Source of the DNA: Giardia intestinalis
Lineage: Eukaryota
Direction: 5' to 3' (one strand)
Assembly: GCA_000002435.2 (NCBI GenBank)
Contig: CM018791.1
DNA length: 64,000 nucleotides
The first letter of the stretch is position 1. Each line of letters opens with the position of its first letter. The notes beneath the pieces are model-generated. The model was given only the letters and a program-made list of their open reading frames with translations. It was not told the DNA's origin and made no database searches. Shown one piece after another: positions 28,339-37,458 of this stretch. The position numbers and the translations under genes are program-made.

Positions 28339-30663
28339 TTAATATTTTTTGGGCTTGGGGTTGTCTGTCCCGACAGAGGGCTCGGCCCCAAGGCAAGCGA
28401 TAATTTCATCACGTACTTGAGGGGACGCATACTCCATTTCACGGGCAATATCTACGGCTGTTCGACCCGCCTTAGATGCCAGGGTTCCCTCGTATGGGAC
28501 TAACATTCGTGCAAACTGAACATTTCCGTGTGCTACAGCGTGCATCAAAGATGAGTACCCTGTTTTGTCCAACTGCCCTGTCTCCGCACTGAGGAGCAAT
28601 GCAGCAACTGCACAGGAGTTGACCATTCCAGCGTACATTAACGCTGTGGTCCCAATGGAATCCTTACCACAGAGCTGACCTGCTTGTATGTATCTTTTTG
28701 CAGCGCGAATATCGTTCTTCAATGCAGCAATCATAAGATTGGTAAGCTTTGCTTGGTCTCCCTCATAGTCCATGAGCATGTCAACACAAGCGAGACACCC
28801 CCACTCTGCAGCAAACTGTACCGCACGGCGGCCATCGCTAGCCACCAAGTTACATTCAACTGAAGCAAGAACCTTGACAATCTCCGGGTAATTCCACTGG
28901 GCTGCATACATGAGTGCCGTCAGGCCCTCTTTCGTTTGCTTCCCGCTCAGTTCCTTCTTGAGGATCTGGGCGGCCTTTTCCTGGCCATTCATGGCAGCCA
29001 CCATGAGAGCTGTTTGCCCTGTAGCAGTGCAAATGGCTACTTCTTTGGCTGCGAGGATCCTCATAATATTGCTATGCCCACGCTGAGTCGCAGACATAAG
29101 GGCTGTCCACCCGTTAGCCTTTTGCAAACCAGCCTCATGTTTGAGTAGTAGCTGGACAATCTCACTATGCCCACACTCTGCTGCTATCATTAAAGCAGTG
29201 CTTCCGCTACAAAGCCTCATGCCAGCTTCATATTGTGCTAATAATGACGTACACTTAGAGCTATTGTACTGGGCGGCAAACATCATAGCTGTTCTACCTT
29301 GCCTATTTTGCATACCTGCCTCGAACTCAAGTAACTGCTCGACGACGTTTTCGTTGTCTTGTTGAGCGGCCAGCATAAGAGCCGATGTCCCCTCACTATC
29401 TACTAAGCCTGCCTCATATTCAGCGAGGAGCTCAACGCAATCGCTGAACCCATACCAGGCAGCTACCATTAAGGCGCTGGCTCCTTCAATAGAAATACTT
29501 TGCTTTTTGTCTTTTGTGATAAGCTTTACTGGCGATATGCACTGCATTCCGGCTTCGTTAATGTACCTTGGTATATCATTATATAAGTTCCTTTCTACGG
29601 ACTCTATCAAAGATGTTTTTGACGGGTGCAGAACAGCATCCTTTCTTACACGGGTGGACTGTATTGTAGTTTTAATGCTGTCTTGCTCTCTGGCATCGTT
29701 TGGACAAGGCTCCTCCAAATTTGTATCCACAGAAGAAGCTTTATTGTCAGTCTCTACATCCATTTCTTCCAACCAGTTCTCAGGCTTTTGAGTGTATGGT
29801 TGCTCGGTGGGTGAAGATGCTTCCACTGTCTGGGCAGGGTCATCAGTTAGAAAAGCCGTGTTTCGCTGCACATTAACCACCTGTGGATGACTAAGTATCT
29901 CCTCTGCAGTTGGTCTAGCATTGCTGTCCAGCTGAAGGCATGATCTGATCAGCGTGGCCAGGTCCTCTGAGTAATACGTGGTATCAATTGTGATTTGTGG
30001 GTTGTCCTTGAGGTGTTCAGTACTCCAAGGAATTGGTTTAAGTGTACAGATCTCCAGGATGATGCACCCTAAGGACCAGATGTCTGCAGCAGTTCCGTAA
30101 AAGTCTCCTCGCTGAACCTCTGGGGCCATGTACACAGGGGTCCCCGTGCACGTTGTCATTCGAGACTTGCCGCTTGTTTCTCGGGCAAGCCCAAAGTCTC
30201 CCAGCTTTATGTGTGTGTCAGTAAACAGAATGTTCCCCGGCTTTAGGTCTCTATGAACAATTGTGCTGCTGGTGATGGATTGGCTGTGCATATAAGCCAA
30301 ACCATTGACAATCTGCCCTATCACATACCAAATGTACGGCTCCTGAAAAGGGTACCCCAAATAGCGTTGCGACCGGATGACATCTTCCAAGGACTGGTCG
30401 CAGAGCTCCATCTCCAAAAGATAATAGTATTCATCTTTACGTATAGTTTTGTATTTCAAGATATTTGGATGATCGAGCTTCTGCGCCGTGCTGAATTCCT
30501 GCTCTATCTTGTCGAGGAGATTGTCTGTCAAATAGTATAGATCTATCTCCTTTACTGCCACTAGCTCGCCTGTATCTTTAGAGTATGCCCTGTAGACCTT
30601 CCCAAAGCTGCCGGAATCGATGTATTCGGGGCTGTCATAGTACTCCCCCAAGCTCGTTGACAT
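28339..30663 (-). CDS. NEK-family Ser/Thr protein kinase with C-terminal ankyrin-repeat array
   Basis: The ORF-track start at 30699 is TTG; the first ATG is at 30661-30663 (MSTSLGEYYD). Kinase motifs: GSFGKVY, VAVKEI, HRDLKPGNILF, DFGLARE, GTPVYMAPE. About 10 ankyrin repeats follow (TALMLAAQQDNENVVEQLL etc.). Confidence 0.85.
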   Translation of the reverse strand: MSTSLGEYYDSPEYIDSGSFGKVYRAYSKDTGELVAVKEIDLYYLTDNLLDKIEQEFSTAQKLDHPNILKYKTIRKDEYYYLLEMELCDQSLEDVIRSQRYLGYPFQEPYIWYVIGQIVNGLAYMHSQSITSSTIVHRDLKPGNILFTDTHIKLGDFGLARETSGKSRMTTCTGTPVYMAPEVQRGDFYGTAADIWSLGCIILEICTLKPIPWSTEHLKDNPQITIDTTYYSEDLATLIRSCLQLDSNARPTAEEILSHPQVVNVQRNTAFLTDDPAQTVEASSPTEQPYTQKPENWLEEMDVETDNKASSVDTNLEEPCPNDAREQDSIKTTIQSTRVRKDAVLHPSKTSLIESVERNLYNDIPRYINEAGMQCISPVKLITKDKKQSISIEGASALMVAAWYGFSDCVELLAEYEAGLVDSEGTSALMLAAQQDNENVVEQLLEFEAGMQNRQGRTAMMFAAQYNSSKCTSLLAQYEAGMRLCSGSTALMIAAECGHSEIVQLLLKHEAGLQKANGWTALMSATQRGHSNIMRILAAKEVAICTATGQTALMVAAMNGQEKAAQILKKELSGKQTKEGLTALMYAAQWNYPEIVKVLASVECNLVASDGRRAVQFAAEWGCLACVDMLMDYEGDQAKLTNLMIAALKNDIRAAKRYIQAGQLCGKDSIGTTALMYAGMVNSCAVAALLLSAETGQLDKTGYSSLMHAVAHGNVQFARMLVPYEGTLASKAGRTAVDIAREMEYASPQVRDEIIACLGAEPSVGTDNPKPKKY

Positions 30664-30879
30664 TTTTCTCTGGTCAGAACGAAAAAATCTGCTGAACAAT
30701 CGAGCTATAATTCACTGGATAAAGCACATTACTGTGATGGATGCAACGTAGCAATACTAGATCCATCTTAGCTCATCGCGTGTCCATCATTTCCAACCCT
30801 TAAAGCCGAACCTCTCTTTCTGAGTCTGCGGGGTCGTTAATTGCTGAAAAGTCTTGTATGCAGAAAGACCAGGGGAGAA

Positions 30880-31644
30880 CTAGAGTCCCGTTATGCAGCT
30901 GACTGGGTCAATTGATCCATACTCCATGCGCCGCGCTATACTTTGAATATCTACTAACGCCACACCCTTATCTGTCAAGTAACAGTGTTCAGCAGAAATC
31001 AGATCCAGCTCGGAGATGATGCGTAGATGATCATAGTCATATTGGAGTCGTTCTTGTTGCGTGGGGTAGCGCTTGGTCCTCATGTGCCAATCGGGATTGA
31101 GCACGGCATCTATTCTATCGTGAATGCCCTCTCCCTCCAATAGATGTGGATTGCGTGGACGTCTATTCTGCTTCAGCCGCTCCCGAAGATGCTCACAATA
31201 CGACATAGTGCATCCAGTAGATCTACTTAGCAACCCCTCTTTCCGCTGAGTGGTGGTCGAAGATGGGATGCATGCAATGGACTTAGATAGCGAGAAAGGA
31301 GAAGTGACGCTATCTTCCCTGCCCTTTCTAGTTGGTTGGAGGCCTTGTGACGGCTTGTTTAGTCTTGGTTTAGACGTTGTGAGGTGGATGGGAGCTTCAA
31401 CAGGAACGAATGGGGCTACAAGCCCATGCACAATAGGATTATTATCTCTATTATGCGGATGATCCTCCTGCTGATCAGACAATATCTGCTCAAAAGCATC
31501 TGTGGCTATAGACTTGTGTGCATCTTCACGGGTACAGGACTCATCATCATTATTCGGAGCTTTGCAACATGCGGTGCTATGCAATAGTGCAGGTGATGCA
31601 TTATTCTCCTGCCACGGTGTAGTGTGAAGCTCTCCAGTTTCCAT
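30880..31644 (-). CDS. Hypothetical 254-aa protein
   Basis: ATG at 31642-31644. On the minus strand it is preceded by an A-rich element (CCTAAAAAATTGCAATTTCCTG ATG). Confidence 0.45.
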   Translation of the reverse strand: METGELHTTPWQENNASPALLHSTACCKAPNNDDESCTREDAHKSIATDAFEQILSDQQEDHPHNRDNNPIVHGLVAPFVPVEAPIHLTTSKPRLNKPSQGLQPTRKGREDSVTSPFSLSKSIACIPSSTTTQRKEGLLSRSTGCTMSYCEHLRERLKQNRRPRNPHLLEGEGIHDRIDAVLNPDWHMRTKRYPTQQERLQYDYDHLRIISELDLISAEHCYLTDKGVALVDIQSIARRMEYGSIDPVSCITGL

Positions 31645-32781
31645 CAGGAAATTGCAATTTTTTAGGACTCCGCGAAATTGGGGCTATCTATTCCGCCCTC
31701 CGGAGTCTTTCAAAAGGCCGGGCAAATACGTTATCAGGTTGAGCATACACATTCTAATAGTCATCATAATAGCCATCAGATTGAAACAAACCAATGGATT
31801 ATCGCTTTGGTGAGATTGCCTGGTACGATTATAAGTACGATCGATTGGGTGCTTCTTTAAAATTAACGCCACCATGACATGCCTCACTATGCCTATATTT
31901 CTTAGAAAAGCCTTAGAAGAAACCTTGCGGTTAAACTCAACTAGCATGAAGCTTTTAGTCTTCTGAGCAGCATTGAGTTATGGCTTCCTCATAACATTCT
32001 TGTCTATAACTCACTAGTGATCTCCTTATCAGAAGATATGAATATGGATTGCAAATCAGTAATTGACCATGGACGTAGAAGACTGCACCATCCTAATTAT
32101 CTAGTATTCAATGTTCCTGAGTAATGATTGCGGAACATAAGTCGATATATGCCTGCAGTTATTCACACACTCACCCATTTCAGTACTGTAACAACTGTAA
32201 CAAATTTAACCAGCCTACCTTATACCTTTTGCACCTTAACATCCCTTGGAGAAAATGCGCCCACCACACCGGTTACACTCAACGACAAGGTTTGCCTACT
32301 GAGCTAACCGTGATGTAAGAGACAAGCTTGCTCAGAAAGTGGCTTTTCAACCTGGTTTATCTCTAGTCTTCATTGCAGCATCTTACCCCAAACTATATCA
32401 ACTATTATGCCGGCTGCTCATACAGCTATGGGTACTCTGGGTGTAGCATATCTTTTACTTCATTTTATCCGCTCGGTCAACTAATCCCTACATGCGTCTA
32501 TCTGTATCCATCGAGTTTATAGCCTTAGCTTCATTGTAGTTCACGCCTGCTGTCTTCTACTGGTTACCATTGTGTTACTGTTTCTCTATTTCGGTGCATT
32601 TTCACAAATTAGGTGCTCGCTTTAAAGTTAGAGTATATCCAATCGCATCCAATCGTCTCTCAAATTGCGAAATATAAGGTTGCACGACACATGCAGGCTA
32701 TCCTTCCATTTTTCCAGAAGTTTTCAATCTCATTGCTATCGCATCATATGACATTTGGGCTTTTTTGAGATCGTAAAGAAA

Positions 32782-35700
32782 ATGGAGCCTCAGGAGATTC
32801 TCGGCGCAACTACGTACAGCCAGAACACTGGTAGTGCATCAGACAAGTTCCTGGCCTCAGTCTTCGGGTACTTTTCTGTGGAAGATCCTATTGACGACTT
32901 TCTAAAAGACGTAGAGTGGTTTGCATCGGATTTTGTTGATTGCTTTGTCCTTAAACGCAAGTGCCAGAACTACTGGGACAAGATTGTTACGCAGGCAACG
33001 ATTCCTCAAGTAACACAACCGTTCTTTAAAACTTGTGAGAATGCATCCAATGCCTACACAGTTAAATCGTTGTATTTACGTGACACATTTCTCCTGACTG
33101 ATATCCAGCTACATCTTCAGCGAAAATCGTTTGATTTAGCCTTACTAGATTGTATAAAGATTCAGGTGCGATCTGACATCAAATCCCAGAAACAAGCAAA
33201 ACGTCTCGCGATGTTCCTGTATGTTGCTTGCAAGCTCCTTCTTGTTAACGGATATGTCAACGGCAAGTTTGACGACATTGCAACCAGCCTTTTCAACGGA
33301 GAGATTGCCTCTCTATTGGTCACTGCCTTCAACGCTATCTCTCCTTGGGTAGGGGAGCGCCCATTTATTTTTGAGCCGATTATCTCTCTTCTTGCAGAAG
33401 TATTCCTTTACGCATTTGGGTGTACAAAGAATAGGCACAAGCACGAGAATATCCACAAGATATTTGGCAAGTTATTGAAGAAGGAAGAGGCATCCTCGAC
33501 ATCCTCAGTGTCTATTGTGGACGTATGTCTCAGGGTTATTGTATCTAACAGTGCCAAGAGTTCTATCACTAACATGTCAGAAGCCAGGCGACTCCCCGTT
33601 CAGAATCTTGATATCCGCATGCTGCTTGCGTCCTGCAGGCTCTTGCTCTGCGTCCTCAGCGTGCAGAATAATGATGACGAAACTCGAGTCATAGACTACA
33701 TAGAGCGCAAGATTAGGGAGCTCTGCCCCGTGCAAGGTGCTCACTATCAGGCTCTCCCTCACTTGCTGTCTCTCCTGGTAAATCTTATTGATCAAATTAA
33801 GCCAGACTCGCCGCTTTCTCAAGATGTGATAAGCTTCCTCAAAGAAGCTATCGTAGCACTAATCCTTTGTACTAACTATGATAGGAAGCTAGTGGACCTT
33901 TTCAATGCTGAGTTTTGCACATCCGTTGGTAATATTTCAAAGCTTATTGAGACTCTCTATACCACTGAGATTGGAGGCGCTAAAGCAAAGGACTTCTCTG
34001 CTTTGACGCAGATCTTATTTGATGTTTTGCACGCCTCTGTGTTAGGCAATCCCATTCGGCGACATATGAATAGGACGCTTTTACTGCAGAGCAACTTGCT
34101 ATCCTCCACTAACATTCTAGGATATTTCTGGTGTCAACGATATCACTATACAATTACTATTTATACCGATATCATTATGGACATACAGCGCGACGAGTGT
34201 AAAACCGGTTGTGACTCAAAGAACGGTGCTAAGCAAAATGGTAAGAAGGATAAGAATCTTCTAGCGTTGTCAAATAAGAAGATACAAAGCAAAGTATTGA
34301 AAGATGACTCTATGCAATTAACGATACCGGTGAGCTGGGCGTTTATAGATTGTTTTGTGGAGTATAATGAGCGTGATCAGTTGGAACTTTTACCTCTCAT
34401 CTATTCGTTATGTACTAAAACAAGAGAAATATTGGCAATATATATACCTTCGTATTGTAGGGTTTTTGCTGGTAATAAACAGCTCAGTAGATCGAGGTTG
34501 AGGTACTACAGAAGTAAGTACAACAGTAGTAAGAAATCATTACCTGAATGCTTAGATGATGAGGTAGTAGAACACGACCCTTACTCGAGGCAACTGGGCT
34601 CTTGCTTAGCTTTTGAGCTTCGTGTAGAGCTCCATGATATCCACTATAGCACCTGTGACTTGATCTCTCAAGTGCAGCGTCGCGACTCTTCCGTTGGCTT
34701 GTTTTTCCACTGGTATCATCCATCTGTTGGCCTTCACATTAAAATTGTGAAGTCGCTTCAAGCAAGCTTTGCAACGGCGTACTTCACTGAGTCCGGAGGC
34801 GGCGTAGGTATGCACCGCCTCTTTTGCCTGAGCGAATTCAATAACATACAGCTTCCGAGCTGTTCTTTTACTGGGTACGGATACTCTACCGTGTCATCCC
34901 AGCCATTCTCATATATCGAAGACGTCTTAAAAGAGGTATGTGAAAGGGTATATCGGGACGATTCTTCAGTTGATGTCTCAATTAGGCTAAAGGAACTAGA
35001 GAGTGCAACAAAGACAAATACGGAACTAACGCTGTATAGCCCCACCCCTGATACCCAGTCGAACGTTGCTGTCTTCAAGGACCTTACTTTGCACGTTGAT
35101 GGGAAGAGAATGAGTCACCGTAAAGAGTTCACGCGCAAAACTCTCAGGCCTTCTCAGTTTAAGGCCCTCCTGTATGCTGCGCTCTCTCCTCTGACTCTCA
35201 TCTTGGGGTGCCCTGGAAGTGGGAAGTCGACAACTCTGGCGCACATCTCGAAGATGTTTCTGCTGGAGGAAGGTGCCCAATCCAAGTGGGTTCCTGCCCT
35301 GGATGCTAATGGAGTGGAGCGGAATAGACCAAAGTGGAACCGATTCAAAGACCTCTTCTTTTCCTCGATCAGAACATATGAGAGTGTCACTGAAATGGTG
35401 CTAGCCGAGGATGTTGGCGTCCAGCTTTTTATCACCGCACACAGCAACAATGCCGCCGACCAGTTGACACGCTACATCCTCGAGATGGATGGGTGGGACA
35501 AGACGACTCTCCCCTTCATAGTTAGATTGGGGAGTCAGTCGCTTGACTCTAATGTTCTTAAGTTCATGCCCATATACTATCTCTATCGGATTGCTCTGGA
35601 GCTGGACGTGCGACTTGATTCATCATATGATGAGGAAGACAAGTTGAGAACAGGAGATTTGATCGTTCATTTTACATCTATCTCCGAGGCAATACAATGC

Positions 35701-37197
35701 CATATATTGGGGTCTAATTCGTCAAAGGTATATGCAAGATTAACAAGATCTCAGAGAGATGTCCTGTATTGTATTCTGAAAGATATGAATTTCTTCAATC
35801 ATAAGCTCTTGAGCTCGGCGACCATCATTGTCAGCACCACCTCTGGATTTAGCATATATCTGCGCTATTTCACTGACGTGGCCACCGATGGCCTTGAAGA
35901 TTCCCTTCCTTTTGATCCCTTAAAGGGTAGCTCGAAGGTCTATGATGGATATGGCAGATCAATGTACAACCAACTTTCTTGCTTCAGTGGCGGGTCCCAT
36001 ATATTGCGAACGAATAGTTACAGCGACGTCCTGGTCGACTATGACCACACTCCCTCTAATCACACCTCCTACCATTCTAACTTGGTGAAAAGTACTACTG
36101 CATTTAACACAGGCGAAGGGGGCCACCACAGGTACCTGATTGTCGAAGAGGCGGCGCGCCTTTCAGAGCACGAGTTTGCGTCCTTCTTGGTCGCCCCTTT
36201 CGACAAGATCATTCTACTCGGGGATATCCTCCAGCTCCCGCCCCTCATCCAGGATCTGACCATCGCGAGCTCCGGGGCCCTCGACTGGTCTGTCTTCCAC
36301 CGCATTTGCTACTCTCCGCGGGTCAGCGTGCCGATTGTGGCCTTGGAGGAACAGGCACGAAGCGTTCCAGAGATTGCTGACCTCTACCGCTCTTTGTATG
36401 AATCGTCTCTACCTAGATATTGCTCAATAAAGGGTGGCCTGCGAGACATCCCTGGAGTCAAATTCGATAGCTTTGTGGACCAAGCGATCCTGGAAAGGTT
36501 CCATGGGAGGTGCTTCTGTATTCCGAGCAAGAGCATATCTACATATGCTAATTTGATTACTGAGACAGACAGAGCGCTAACCGACTTCTGTCAGCAAATG
36601 AAAGAGTATCAAATTATCAAGAAGCAACCTGAAGACGCGAAGTCAAAGAAAAAAAGAGGCGGAGACATCAGATTGGCAGAGACTAACAGGGACGAGATTA
36701 AGCTGATCTCCTATCTTCTTTATAGTACTCTTGTGCAGGTCACGAACATGATTTTCTCTGGGTCTCACTTGGATAAGCTTGCGTATGACTCGCGAGAGCA
36801 AGAGTATTATCTCCATTTTAGCATTGCTATATTGTCGCTCTATAGTGCACAGGCCGCCCTGCTAAAATCGGACCGATTTATTTCGGATGTCACTAGTGTA
36901 TTTAAGGACCTCAGGCTACCTGCAGGCAATGATAGGAGGGTACGTTTGAGTGTTGACATATCCGTTTCCACGAGTGACGCGTTCCAGGGTCTAGAGGCAG
37001 ACGTCGTGTTTCTCTCAATGGTAAAGCGCACTACTACTGATTTCATCGATAGTCTTCCACGCGCGCTTGTTGCAGTCAGCAGAGCGCGACGACTGGTCGT
37101 CTGTGTTGGAATGGCAGATAAGTCTAAAAATGAGATCTGGATGAATGTGGCCAAGCAGCAGGAGTTGGATTTTTCAAATCTGCTCAGTGAAGCGTAA
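32782..37197 (+). CDS. Superfamily-1 Upf1-like (Sen1/senataxin-like?) RNA/DNA helicase with ~800-aa N-terminal non-helicase region
   Basis: The ORF-track start at 32755 is not ATG; the first ATG is at 32782 (MEPQEIL). Helicase motifs: I GCPGSGKST, II IVEEAA (variant of DEAAQ), III LLGDILQLPP, V DAFQGLEADVVFLSMVKR, VI RALVAVSRARRLVVCVG. Confidence 0.8.
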   Translation: MEPQEILGATTYSQNTGSASDKFLASVFGYFSVEDPIDDFLKDVEWFASDFVDCFVLKRKCQNYWDKIVTQATIPQVTQPFFKTCENASNAYTVKSLYLRDTFLLTDIQLHLQRKSFDLALLDCIKIQVRSDIKSQKQAKRLAMFLYVACKLLLVNGYVNGKFDDIATSLFNGEIASLLVTAFNAISPWVGERPFIFEPIISLLAEVFLYAFGCTKNRHKHENIHKIFGKLLKKEEASSTSSVSIVDVCLRVIVSNSAKSSITNMSEARRLPVQNLDIRMLLASCRLLLCVLSVQNNDDETRVIDYIERKIRELCPVQGAHYQALPHLLSLLVNLIDQIKPDSPLSQDVISFLKEAIVALILCTNYDRKLVDLFNAEFCTSVGNISKLIETLYTTEIGGAKAKDFSALTQILFDVLHASVLGNPIRRHMNRTLLLQSNLLSSTNILGYFWCQRYHYTITIYTDIIMDIQRDECKTGCDSKNGAKQNGKKDKNLLALSNKKIQSKVLKDDSMQLTIPVSWAFIDCFVEYNERDQLELLPLIYSLCTKTREILAIYIPSYCRVFAGNKQLSRSRLRYYRSKYNSSKKSLPECLDDEVVEHDPYSRQLGSCLAFELRVELHDIHYSTCDLISQVQRRDSSVGLFFHWYHPSVGLHIKIVKSLQASFATAYFTESGGGVGMHRLFCLSEFNNIQLPSCSFTGYGYSTVSSQPFSYIEDVLKEVCERVYRDDSSVDVSIRLKELESATKTNTELTLYSPTPDTQSNVAVFKDLTLHVDGKRMSHRKEFTRKTLRPSQFKALLYAALSPLTLILGCPGSGKSTTLAHISKMFLLEEGAQSKWVPALDANGVERNRPKWNRFKDLFFSSIRTYESVTEMVLAEDVGVQLFITAHSNNAADQLTRYILEMDGWDKTTLPFIVRLGSQSLDSNVLKFMPIYYLYRIALELDVRLDSSYDEEDKLRTGDLIVHFTSISEAIQCHILGSNSSKVYARLTRSQRDVLYCILKDMNFFNHKLLSSATIIVSTTSGFSIYLRYFTDVATDGLEDSLPFDPLKGSSKVYDGYGRSMYNQLSCFSGGSHILRTNSYSDVLVDYDHTPSNHTSYHSNLVKSTTAFNTGEGGHHRYLIVEEAARLSEHEFASFLVAPFDKIILLGDILQLPPLIQDLTIASSGALDWSVFHRICYSPRVSVPIVALEEQARSVPEIADLYRSLYESSLPRYCSIKGGLRDIPGVKFDSFVDQAILERFHGRCFCIPSKSISTYANLITETDRALTDFCQQMKEYQIIKKQPEDAKSKKKRGGDIRLAETNRDEIKLISYLLYSTLVQVTNMIFSGSHLDKLAYDSREQEYYLHFSIAILSLYSAQAALLKSDRFISDVTSVFKDLRLPAGNDRRVRLSVDISVSTSDAFQGLEADVVFLSMVKRTTTDFIDSLPRALVAVSRARRLVVCVGMADKSKNEIWMNVAKQQELDFSNLLSEA

Positions 37198-37458
37198 CGT
37201 CTCTTGTAATTTTAAGCATTGTGTGGTGTAAAAATTCATAGATTGGGTTGGTTATTTATTTAAGATTTGCATTGTACCTAAGAATCTAGGAGTTTCAGAT
37301 TGGTGCCTGTAGCATTTGCTTTTCTGTCAGCACTGTTATCAGTTGGCGTCATATATTAGACACCCAGGACCGCCATTTCAGCTATCTTAAATGCTAGATT
37401 AATACTGATACCTGGAAATACCCCAGAGTCTCGCTCAATGCTAATTTACAGAAGCGAA

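Noticed and set aside
32262-32312. tRNA-like D-arm sequence on the minus strand (GGTTAGCTCAGTAGG)
   Set aside because: There is no matching D-stem partner, no GTTCRANYC T-loop, and no acceptor-stem pairing; not a tRNA.
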